A stretch of 64,000 nucleotides of DNA from Balanoglossus misakiensis (Eukaryota > Animalia > Hemichordata). The notes below the pieces were generated by a model, which worked only from the letters and a program-made list of their open reading frames with translations, was not told the origin of the DNA and did no database searches. Shown here in pieces: positions 45,601 through 57,600 of this stretch. The stretch's first letter is position 1, and each line of letters opens with the position of its first letter. The stretch is from positions 20,124,303-20,188,302 of the forward strand of contig CM082577.2 in assembly GCA_040954595.2 (NCBI GenBank), written 5' to 3'. The position numbers and the translations under genes are program-made.

Positions 45601-48600
45601 CAAATTCAGGCTGTTTGTTTGTTGACATAGTTCTGAATGATTGACACTAGTGTGGGGTTCACACGAGATTCATTACGGAGGTGCATCACCGGTGCTGGGC
45701 CTGGGCCGGTGTAGAAAAACCAAAGTGGACACGCTAAGTCAGCCCAGGTTTGGTCACAGTAGGAAGGGGGGACCAGGGCCAATGTAAAATCTGGGCTCGT
45801 TATAATGTGGACACGTTCATGGAGTTACGTCGGCCTAGTTGATCCTTCATGGGCAGTGCCACCACGCACTGGTTATTTCTCCACCGCCGATGTACATGTA
45901 CCCTCTGTAGCGCATCCAATATGTCTCTATGGATAAAAATGGCCAGTGACAGTCATATTTTCCCTTCTTGTGCGTAAAAAATTCATGAACAGTAGAAATA
46001 GCGAGCCCATTTGAACTTTGACAGGTCAAAGGTCGGGAATCTCCTAAAATCTGAGTTGGCCCAAATTACATGTTAAGTGTGGAAGCGGCCAAAATTTAAT
46101 CCCCAAACAACAATTGTCTTATGTCGCCTAAGATTTACATTGTGTTGATTGATGTGAATATGGTAAAGGACCTTGATCGTACCAGCCAATGAAAAGACAA
46201 AGAAATAATATAAAAGCATGATTCATGTGTAGTGTTTACCGCATAGACAAAGGAATCAGAGGAATTAATAATAACAATCACTGCTATACTGCTACTAGAA
46301 TTAACTACCACATACCACTGCTAACTTGTTAACAAGTACTATCTCTATGACTTAACATCAGGCTAGTTATACTTTGCGAAACAACGAAACGGCGAAACGA
46401 CGAAACCATTATTAAAATAGGGGCCAGTCATCAAGACGGTGGCGTATGATTTTTTAAAAAGTTTCCAAATTAAAACTTAAGCGAGCCAAGAAAACTACAG
46501 GTCAGATAAATTGTTTTCTCGGAAATTCAACATTAGAATCAAATTTGGCGTTGGAAACAAACGGCGGGTCGCCAGTTCCTGGTCTGCGGCCTGGTACTAG
46601 GTAGTGGTACGGTAGAGTCGACGTCGTGTGCGCGCAAACGATTCATGCCAAACTGCTACATATACACAGTGAATATACGCGCGCGCACAACGAAACCACA
46701 AAAGATCGAAACCTCAAAATGCGGCAGCAACTGTCACTATTTCCTTAAATACCACAAGGCGGGGAGGCATGAATTGCAATTAAGATAATAAAGAAATTTC
46801 GACAATGATACTGTGTTGTGTGAGTTACATGTGTTTCTATATATAACTACTACTCTTACCCCCCATCAGTGTTTGACCCTCGAAAGCTTACGGACACTAC
46901 TGCTTTGTTTCAACTAATCCTTAGCCCTGTGAATATACTCGTACATTGACCTTTTGGGGCGGGATTCTTTTTTGGCGCGCAACCACTAGTACCAGGCCGC
47001 AGACCAGGAACTTATTTGGAAACTTTAAAAAAAATCATACGCCACCGTCTTGATGACTGGCCCCTATTTTAATAATGGTTTCGTCGTTTCGCTGTTTCGT
47101 TTCGCTGTTTCGTTGTTTCGCAAAGTATAACTAGCCTTAACATCATTATTTTTCTACTAACAATACCCGCCCTAGTAACATGTGTGCATCTTTTCTACTA
47201 ATATTCACAGTGACTCATCCATGTCCAACTGATCCTTGTACTAATGGTGGTGAATGTGTATTAGACAATGAAAACAATCGCAGATGTATCTGTACTGCTG
47301 GTTTTATTGGCCCATTCTGTACCATTGGTAAGCTTCCTCTGCATAGCCTATTAGTCTTCTGATCAAATACTTCCTTACCTGGTTATGTATCTAACAGTCT
47401 GAGACTAACTCTGAGTTATCACTGGTGTCCACTGGCACTGTCCATGTTTAAACATAAGATACATGGACACATACCGGTACATACGGTAGATACCAATAGA
47501 TAGATGGATGGATGATTCAGCATTTTTTCACCAATGGTTTTTATATGGGTGAACACATTCAACAAAGTTTATGTCAAAGATGGGCATGGTAGACCATACA
47601 ACAATGTTATTCGACCTCTGAATTTTAATGGTTGAACTATGTATGAAAAACTTCATGAAAATGACAATAGAAGACCACGCAGGGTTTTGGAGCAATTCTC
47701 AATAGCTTGCTCATAACACATTTGCTTCGAAGCCATAGTTGCAGGAGCTGACTGACTTATTTACTTTGTGAAGAAATGATACTATTTTGTCAAAATAAGT
47801 GCAGTGGGCTACATCACTTCATGCTGTAGGACTAATTGTCTCTGTAGCTATGCTATATCTTTCTATCTCTTTTTCTCTATATCATGTGAGGCTTTTCAGC
47901 CAATCACGAGAACAGAATATGTGAGGTGCAATAATACCTGTACATACAATACATACTAGATCCACTTTCCTTGTCTGACTCTTTTACATTCATACATTTG
48001 TTTTCAGACATTGATGAGTGTGAAAGTACTCCATGTCAAAATGGTGGGACCTGTATTGATGCAATCAATTCATTTGTGTGTAGTTGTCCAATAGGGCGGT
48101 CTGGAGATTTTTGTGAAAAAGGTAAATATTGTGGGAAAGCACTAAAAATTGAATAATTTTGCACTTGAAAAGTTGCTGTAGAAATGTCATCTGCTTTTGC
48201 TTTTTATGCTTTTTTTAAAATAAATTTGTCATCAAATGAAGCAATGTCATATGAACAACTGTCTGTTTTCTATGAACAATATAAGTGCCCGAGGATAGCA
48301 GGAACATAGGATATTGGCAAATTTGTCAAAACAAATAAAGTGTACCATAAGCTGACAAAAAATCACTAGCCTAGTTGTTAGTGAGATAATTCATTAACTA
48401 TATAAAAGGATGTGGGGTAGGAATTCAAATGTTTGATAGACAGATGATGAAGAATGTGAAGACACAATATCATGGAATTCGAAATAGCTGCAACAAATGC
48501 CAAACTAGAAAAACGGTATTTCTTTGATTCCAGCGACACGTTATCTCTGAAAGTGTAACAATGTCACAATTTAGTTGACAAAGAGGCGCCCCCCCCCCCC

Positions 48601-51600
48601 CATCCCAATTGCGCCGTTGAAGTAGTGTGTGTTGAGAGAGACGTGTCGACTCGAACTCGGACGACGAGAGTTGTTTAGCGTGTCGAACGCTGCTCTACGA
48701 AGCTCGTAGTTACCTTCTGTGTTGCTAGTTTCGCATTTGTTGCTGGTATTTTGAACATTGTAATAATGGAAATAAAATTGACTGTTAGCCAAGAAATTAA
48801 ATGCATCATTTGTCAGGTCAGATCGGATCAGAAAGAACATTTTTGCCAAATTTGCTCTCCATGGTCACACTGAAATGTTGAAAAAGGTATCATGAGAGAA
48901 TATGTATTCAGGACTTTTGGACAGTCAGTGTTTGCCCGTTGATCTCTCTATGTGTGTGTGCGTCTGTCTGTAGACTTTTTCTTGCATAATCCCTAAATGG
49001 GACCAGAATGTCCTTGACGCTATTTTTCTGTTTTACTTGCTGTAGAGCCATGCACAGACAACCCCTGTGAAAATGAGGGCATTTGTCTCAACAGGCAGGA
49101 TACCTTTGAATGTACTTGTACAGCTGGATGGATTGGTCAAACCTGTAGTGAAGGTATTTTTTTACTTCATCATATTATGGTTCAAAGTCATATAATTGAC
49201 ATGTCCAGTCTACTAATTCCAAAAAAGTCTATGCTGATTTTAAGTAATATATGATCACATCAAATCAACCTTTTGTGAGGCACAGAAGCATTTAGGTGCC
49301 AATCAGTCTGCTAATGCGGTGGTGAGAATAGTCCCTAAGTAAAAACATGGGGACATATTGCACTGCTGTGTCTGTATCTGATCTACTGGGGATATCAGTA
49401 TTGGGCAGAGTAATATATAAACTCTTTACTTCAGTTCAATTCAAACGTAATTTAGCAAACATAAGATGTTATGATATAATATAAGCACAATAAATCCAGT
49501 TACTGTACTGATTTTATGTACTAGTAATATTCGCCTCAAATATTACTCTTACTAAAAGACACATTGTGAAGTTTCTTGTCAATAAAATGGTCATTTTTAA
49601 TACAAAATGTACTATATTTCTGAAATTACTGCACCTGATTTGGTGGAACTTGCTACAGAGATTACTGTTTACACAGGGTCTATCAGAATTTATTGAACAT
49701 TTGTTCATGAAGATGACCCTTATTAAGCACCCAAATTTATACTTTGGTTGGTCGATTATGGCATTAACAGTCGGTTTTAGGTTTTCCTGAATTTGAATAT
49801 GATGTCCCATGACAGTTGCATTTCCATTGACTTGATTATATTAAGGATGTTCTTTTTTTTTAATTTACACATTTGCAGATATTGATGAATGTGCCTCACA
49901 GCCATGTCTGAATGGTGCTAGTTGTGTGAATGGAAGGAACTTATTTTATTGTCAGTGTGCACAAGGATATTCTGGTGATCGTTGTCAGACAGGTCAGAAT
50001 GGTAAGTGGCGTGGAATCGACAACAGTGTATGTCTACTTGTGGGAGTTCTCTCAGAAGTCAAAGTCTGTTTAAGATGGGCACCTTCTTCTTTGTACCTGG
50101 TTGTTTAGGGACGTTACAACCCGCTTTGGACTAAACCATTTTCAGAGTCTAGTTAAAAATCTGCGCAAAATTCAAAAGCCTAAGGCTTTTTAGTCTGTGA
50201 CCTCAAAAACGAATTTGATACATATTCATTAGTTGCACAGACCAGAGAAGACCGAAAAGGATTTTGTTTTTTATTTTGGTTGGTGTATCTGTGCATTTCA
50301 ACATACATGTACCACCCCTGAAAAAATAATCAATTTTAGATGTTCTTGGAGGTGCTCTTCCACCTGTATTCGCTTCTTAATGCTACGTTAACCCTAAAAA
50401 CGTCAAAACGTCCTTCACAATATGCAAAAGTGTGTTCTCTGTCAACAGGTCAAATTTGACAAAAGCCTTAGGGATTTTTGTTTTATGATACAAAATCGAG
50501 TGTACCAAATCATTGGATTTTTAGCGTCAATACTGTTACTGTAGTTACAGGACACAAGCGCTAGCACTGACCAATGCTTTGCTTGTACTAGCGTAGTGAT
50601 CTATTGCCAAGTGGTAACTTGCGTAGCCATACTCGAACAGGGGGTGTGCACACAATCGTGCGTAAGCCCCTGGTTTTTAGCTCTGCTGTCACTTGTGTCA
50701 GCCGAGCTGTAGCAGTAGGTTGATGTAATGATTGACACTCAGACTAGTCGGACACGTTGAACAATGAACCACGCTTTATTCCTAGTCCCGTTGGTAGTGA
50801 CACCTGGTCACGTTATACATGTATTGTGTAACAGTATTGATTAGCATTCATGACAGTTGATAAGTGTCCGTCCGTCGTCCGTCAACTTTTGGTATTTCAA
50901 TCTTCTTCTTTAAAACAACTTGGCATATTTAGCTGAAATTTGGTTGGAATGGGTGTTATGGTGCCCTTAAGTGATTTTGTTAATTTGGATTTGATGGGGT
51001 CATGAATATGCAAATTAGATCTAAAAATAGAAGTTTTGGTAAAAATCTTCTTCACCACAACTACATGTACAATGGAGCTGAAATTTGGTAGGAATGTGTG
51101 TTATGGTGCCCTTACCTGATTTTGTAAATTTGGATTTGATGGGGTCATGAATATGCAAATTAGATCTAAAAATAGAATTTTTGGTAAAAAATCTTCTCCA
51201 TAACTACATGTACGATGGAGCTGAAATTTGGTAGGAATGTGTGTTATGGTGCCCCTACCTGATTTTGTAAATTTGAATTTGATGGGGTCATGAATATGCA
51301 AATTAGATCTAAAAATAGAATTTTTTGGTCAAAAATCTTCTTCTCCCTAACTACATGTACGATGGAGCTGAAATTTGGTAGGAATGTGTGTTATGGTGTC
51401 CCTACCTGATTTTGTTGATTTGCATTTGATGGGGTCATGAATATGCAAATTAGATCTAAAAATAGAATTTTTGGTCAAAAATCTTCTTCTCCCTAACTAC
51501 ATGTACGATGGAGCTGAAATTTGGTAGGAATGTGTGTTATGGTGCCCCTACCTAGAATTTTTGGTAAAAAATCTTCTTCTCCCTAACTAGCAAATTAGAA

Positions 51601-54600
51601 CCTTGGTGCTTCCTTTTGATGTTGTTCTTTAGGATTCAATTCTTTCTTTCTTTAGCACAATGAATCAAGCTGAATTTGGATAAATACTTGTGATGTCTAT
51701 GTTTGGTTTTGTTCAATAGAATACAATTGTTATGAATTAAAACCTAGGGTATTCATATCATTGCCCAGGTTACACTGTTAGAGTCAGCAGAGCTCTTTTG
51801 ACCGACAGGTCACTTGTACGTTCATAGCGGTTTCGTTAAAACTGAGTGTACTGTACTATAGAGGCCCATAGCAACAGGCAAAAACATACGGGTGCCCCAT
51901 CTTAAAGGTAAACAGTCACCTCCAATTTACATACGCCCATATATGGCTGAAATGATGTATTAGAGCATTCTGAAGAACATATGGTGGCGCTCTTTTTGTG
52001 ATTGAATATGTGATTGGGTAGATTTCAATTTGCCATGGTAACTATAGCTAATTTTCCATAGGTGACCGTATACCTTTAAGTGAGTTTAACAGGCTCACAT
52101 ACTGTTGTTGGATTTGAAGTATTCTTAAAAACCTTCATTCATCATATATTCCAGAAATCATTGATTCCAAATGCTTTAATATAATCATGTCTGTGTCTAA
52201 ATGTATAAATTCTACAATGAAAGTGTCAAAATCTGGTGCTCACTCAATGTCATTTCAACAATAACCCAAAAGGTATTTGTGCAGATGCATGCTGGGCTGC
52301 AGATGGGAGTTTGCGCAAATGAAGTTGTCATTACCAAAAAATATGCAAATTAGCTGGAAAAATGTGAAATTGGTCAAAACTCTGAAACTCAACAACTACT
52401 GGTCAGATTGATTTGAAAATTGGTATGCATGTATCTTATGTAAACCTCATACAGTCCTGTATGTTTTATGAATTTTCTATTTTTTATGCATTTTTTTGTC
52501 TTTTTCCACTTTATTGGTAAAAAAAATTCTTTTCTGAAAAATGATCTGTCGTCTTCTTTGAAATTTAGTATAAAGCTTATATAGATGATCTGAGTTATTA
52601 TAGTTTTGTTCAAATTGTTGAAAAATTTGCATATTTATAATTTTGGAGCAATTTTTGCCTTTTTGGTCAAAAATTGTTTTCTCTAAAACCTCTTGTCAGA
52701 TTGCTTTGAAATTTGGTAAGCATGTTGCTAGGGGTAACTCAACTTCAAGTAAGATGTTGAAATTTGCATATTTATGTTATTGGAGGAATTCAACAAAATT
52801 ATTTTCTTTCAAACTGCATTTCAGATTGCTTTGAGCTTTGGTAGGCATGTTTCTTGTGGTGATTGAAGTAAGAAACTGTACAATTTTGGTGATATTTGTA
52901 TTTTTGCCACTTTTGAAAAAAAAATGATTTCTCTGAAACTGCTTATGGGATTGCTTTGAAATTTGGTAGGAATATTCCTACAGGTAATCCAAGTTTTTGT
53001 CTGATTACGTTGGAATTTGCCAGTGTTTTTGTAATTATCTTTGATTTTCTCCCAAACCACTTACATTGTACTTGTTTTGAAACTTGCCTGATGCAATGAG
53101 TCAATTACCCCAAACTGAGACTCACTGAGTACACTACATGTCATAGGCCTGCTGTTAGTGTTACAGAGACCACCAGCTATTTAATTATTATTCACCAGTG
53201 GTAGGACAGTGAGTATGTGTCTCTGTCTGTCTGTCCCAGAACTTATTGAAAGAAATTGCTTGTCATACTCACATGTTTTTACAGACAATTTTTGGTCAAA
53301 ATTCAGTTTTTCTAGCATTGCTTGTAAGATTGCTATGACACATGTCACTTGATTGGGCATAGATAATTGTTTTACATTTCCATATTTTTTATATAGTTAT
53401 GTCATATCTGCTTGCCAATGACACCTTTGATTTTAATTTCTGGTGTATACCTATTTCTGTGTAATCCCCAAATGGGATCGCAGTGTCCTTGACGCTATGT
53501 TTTATTCTTTCAGCAAATGTGTGTACCCCAAATCCCTGTCTGAATGGTGGTGTGTGTGTACAAAATGACAGTGCCTATGCCTGCACTTGTGTTGCACCAT
53601 TTTCAGGAACAAACTGTGAAATTCAAGGTAGGTGTAAGGTTGTTTGGGGATAATATCCTTAACTTCTACCCAGCATTTTCCACTTTTGTCCCTTGGATGA
53701 AGGCAATTGGTCCAATGCTGATATATCTAGGAGGCATTGTGGTTTGTAGTGAGGGGTACCTGTGTGGGTTCAATACCCAGACCTGGACATGGCCTTGGAA
53801 TTGAAGGTCACAGGTGACTAAATGGCCGCAATGTGCCCTTGAGAAGGCACTTTATTTCTCATTGCTTCTGTGGGTACCTCATCCTATTATTAGGATATAT
53901 ATGCTTGGTGGATGATGGATAAAACAAACAAATAATGATACACCGTTTTCATATTAAGTCTAGCACCCTCACGCCGTTGTCATAAGTCTAGCGCCCTCAC
54001 GCAGCCATCATGAATGTGCACTCAAGCGAGGTGACATCAAGGGATTTCCCCCATTGGCCTCGATTTGAGTTCAAATTCATGATGGCTACTTGAGGGCGCT
54101 AGACTAATGAAAACGGTGTATTACAGTGCATGCCATATAGCAGTAACCCCATATATCTCTGCACAGTAACTTTGTACATGCAGACGTGGCACAGATGCCA
54201 TTTCAGAGAATATATACAGACTTCCTAACTTCCTTTGATTTGCTTTTTCTTTGATTACACTGTGTACCTGGTATATATCCAATGCTTTATACAGTAAAAC
54301 ACAGTCGCGTGTGGGCTGTTCGTATATACATGGCCGTATATACACAGAAGAGCCTGGGAAAGTCATGCAACCAAACCCCCATTTTGTCAGTTCCGTAGAT
54401 GTATTCACTCACACAAAGGCGAAATTTAATCAATAAATCAGCATTGAAAAACAAACGTTAATGGTCAGGGCGGAGTCGGTTATTTCCATTATATTACCAA
54501 CGAACTCAAGAAAACCGTCAAAATTTACGAAAATGTCCCACGCAAAAGACTATAGGGCCCCAGAACTTGTGTTACGCAAAATGTTGTATTCACTGAACTG

Positions 54601-57600
54601 TATGCTAATATTACTATTCAGATTTACGGGCATGTAAACAAACCATTACTGAGTATTTGTGGTCGGTGACGTCGTTCATCTCGACCAATTAAAATGCGAC
54701 TCACAGGTCATTTTGGGGCGATTTCTGAGAGGTACTACGCGTTCTACACGCTCAATCTAGTTTCCAGCTGACCACCGGAAAGTACCGGGGCTGTGATTGG
54801 TTGCCCGCCTAAAATATGCATTCGTTTAAAACATTTAAATTAGTCTAAATATATATCCAATGCTTTATACAGTAAAACTGATATCTCAATATGGCATGCT
54901 TCCGATCTGGAATGTTTGGGGGAAAGGTGTAAAGGCAAATATCTCAATACATATACTTCCTTTCATTTCTTTGGAATAAATGTGCTACGAGGTTAATGAG
55001 AGCCTGAAATTTGACAGGTAGGGACTGCAGCAGTCCCTATATGGGTGAGAGACAGCCACTACCCACTGTCAGGCCTGTGGGTTTCTAAGAAACTACTGAT
55101 GTGTAATACTGATGTTTAATAAGCCATAGGTTTTATTGAAATTTTGATGAAAGCTGTGTTTTTATTTTGAAGGCAGTTTTTCCTTTTTGTTGAAAAAAAA
55201 ACCTGCTCAATTCCTGCTCAATGCTAAATTTTCTGTTTGATATTAAAGTGGAACGTTGTGATCCGTTTTTGAGCCAATTCGGCGAAATGCGATTAAAAAG
55301 TACTATGAAAAACGTTGGTTTCATTCACTTTCACTTACGCATAACAGAGCTACAGCCAGCCAAAAACTGCGCGAACCCGGAAGTGAGTGACGTCAGCAAC
55401 TGTTGTCCGCTGCCGACGCGTTGGAGCGAGCCTATGCTTATACACGCCTGCACTCACGCGACCGACGACGTTAGCATGGCAACATATTCTCGGGTAGTAG
55501 GCTACAATTTTGAACCAGAGATTCCCTTCTACGACCAAGCGACTGAATTTTACAGAGGACAAAAGTTCATGCAGTTCTGATCTCCGATTTGTCCCGTTTG
55601 TCAAGGCTTACACTTGGTGTGGTTTCAGTGAAACCATAGACACTCCATGGGTGAAACTCCCTTGTTGTCTCTCCCTCGTTGTCACCTTTTCGAACCACTT
55701 TTCTTACAAAAATACTTTGTCACCTTTTATGGAGTTGAAGAGAACGAAGGTGCATCGTCCTGCTCTCCAGGTGTAGTACGTCCGTATTATAATGGAAGCC
55801 AATACCATAGTTATTCTATGCATGTTTCGTCTCTTGAAATGTATTAAAACTGCCCTTTTTAGTTGCTTTCATTTGATAACTATGCGATCGTCAATAAATG
55901 GAAATTAAACCCAAATACGTGTACCAAAAAACGTGCAGGAAGGATTTAAAACGGTACGTTTATTATTATCAGCGGCAGTTAGAACAACTTTGTATAGGCC
56001 TTACGGTTTGTTCATAAACGTCGACATGCATGGCATCTTGGACATTGCAGGGTCTATGTCTGCACGCATCGACAAATACAATACACGTAGAGCATTGCCT
56101 TTGAAAGAAACTTATCCCCGTCGATTTTCCGAATATGTTTTTAAAGTCATGAACTTGACATTTCGCCATGTCAGATCCGCGCAAAATGTGTCTGTTTATT
56201 GGAAATGACACGTCGAACGTGTAAGAGCCCTGCGCGTCGACTGCACAGCAAGTTGCTGACGTCACAGTAGTATTTTCAACTCGCGTCTTCTGCTTGCGCA
56301 GGAAGTGAAAGTGAATTAACCCATCGGAACGTTGCCGTTTTTGACACCCGGTTTGGACTTTGAAGCCCAAAATTGTGGGTGTCGTTCCTCTTTAAGGGGT
56401 TATTACTAGAAGTTTGGTCGATAACGCGTCGTATTCGATTTTATAATATACCTCATGCTAATACTGTGCCGTGATTCGCCAGAATCCGTCACGTGATAGG
56501 AAAATAGAATCGACTATGAACCGCTAGGGAAATAGCAGAAAAAATATAAACCGGTCACGTGACCAACGTGGTCACGTCAATCAGCGTCGCGTCGTCTGAC
56601 ACAATGGCCACCGATGAAGATGTCGTCTGCCAGCCTCAAGAGAAAATTGCAAGATTTTCCCAGCTGTTAGCATGAGGTTTATTATAAAACACCTATAGCC
56701 TGGCCTATATTCGGGCCATAGCAGCCGTTTTTACCCCCTCTTGACTGTGAGTTACCAGAATCATATGCTATTTCCCTCGGCCTGCGGCCTCGGGAAATAG
56801 CATATGATTCTGGTAACTCACAGCCCCTCGGGTGTAATAAACGGCCGCTATGGCCCTCATGGCCAGGCAATAGGTGTTCAATATTACCCTGACCTGTGAG
56901 TCGCATTTTAATTGGTCGAGATGAACGACGTCACCGACCACAAATACTCAGTAATGGTTTGTTTACATGCCCGTAAATCTGAATAGTAATATTAGCATAC
57001 AGTTCAGTGAATACAACATTTTGCGTAACACAAGTTCTGGGGCCCTATAGTCTTTTGCGTGGGACATTTTCGTAAATTTTGACGGTTTTCTTGAGTTCGT
57101 TGGTAATATAATGGAAATAACCGACTCCGCCCTGACCATTAACGTTTGTTTATGGGCTCGGGCTTGAGGAAAGCCAAAATTCATGGGCTAGGAAGCCTCG
57201 CCCATGAATTTTTGGCTTTCCCCTCGCACTTGCCCATAAACAAACGTTAATGGTCAGGGTGTCGTCCATTATTTCTATAATGATGTCCGTATTTTGACGA
57301 GTTCCGGAAGCAACGAATCAAAATACGGACATCACAAGAATGTGTCGCGTTATCGACCAAAATTCGTGTAATTACCCCTTTATCATACAATGTACATGCC
57401 TCCCTATAAAACAGTACAATTTGCGAAAATGCGCTGAGAAAAACAATTTCACGGCCAGAAATTTGAACCGGGCACACTGGGATCACGGCAGTAGCCCATA
57501 TGAGACAGGGTGATGCGATCAGGTGATCACCGTGTAGGCCGTAGTATCATTCTAAGGGGGTTGGAAGCTTTCATATTGATGGGCACATCCGCATTCTTAA

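Larger units (their letters stand above)
50674..51817 (+). mobile_element. DINE-1/HINE-like element with internal ~145-bp tandem array
   Basis: 5' tttttagctctgctg, gtcc microsatellite at 50865, 3' cagcagagct + stem-loop tgacc-gaca-ggtca. Confidence 0.82.
50074..51901. mobile_element. TTAA-flanked (Kolobok-like) element containing nested insertions
   Basis: ttaa|gatgggcacc ... ggtgccccatc|ttaa. Confidence 0.7.

Noticed and set aside
45650-46090. Possible Harbinger-like MITE (ttcacac..gtgtggaa)
   Set aside because: TIR match is weak and no TSD could be established
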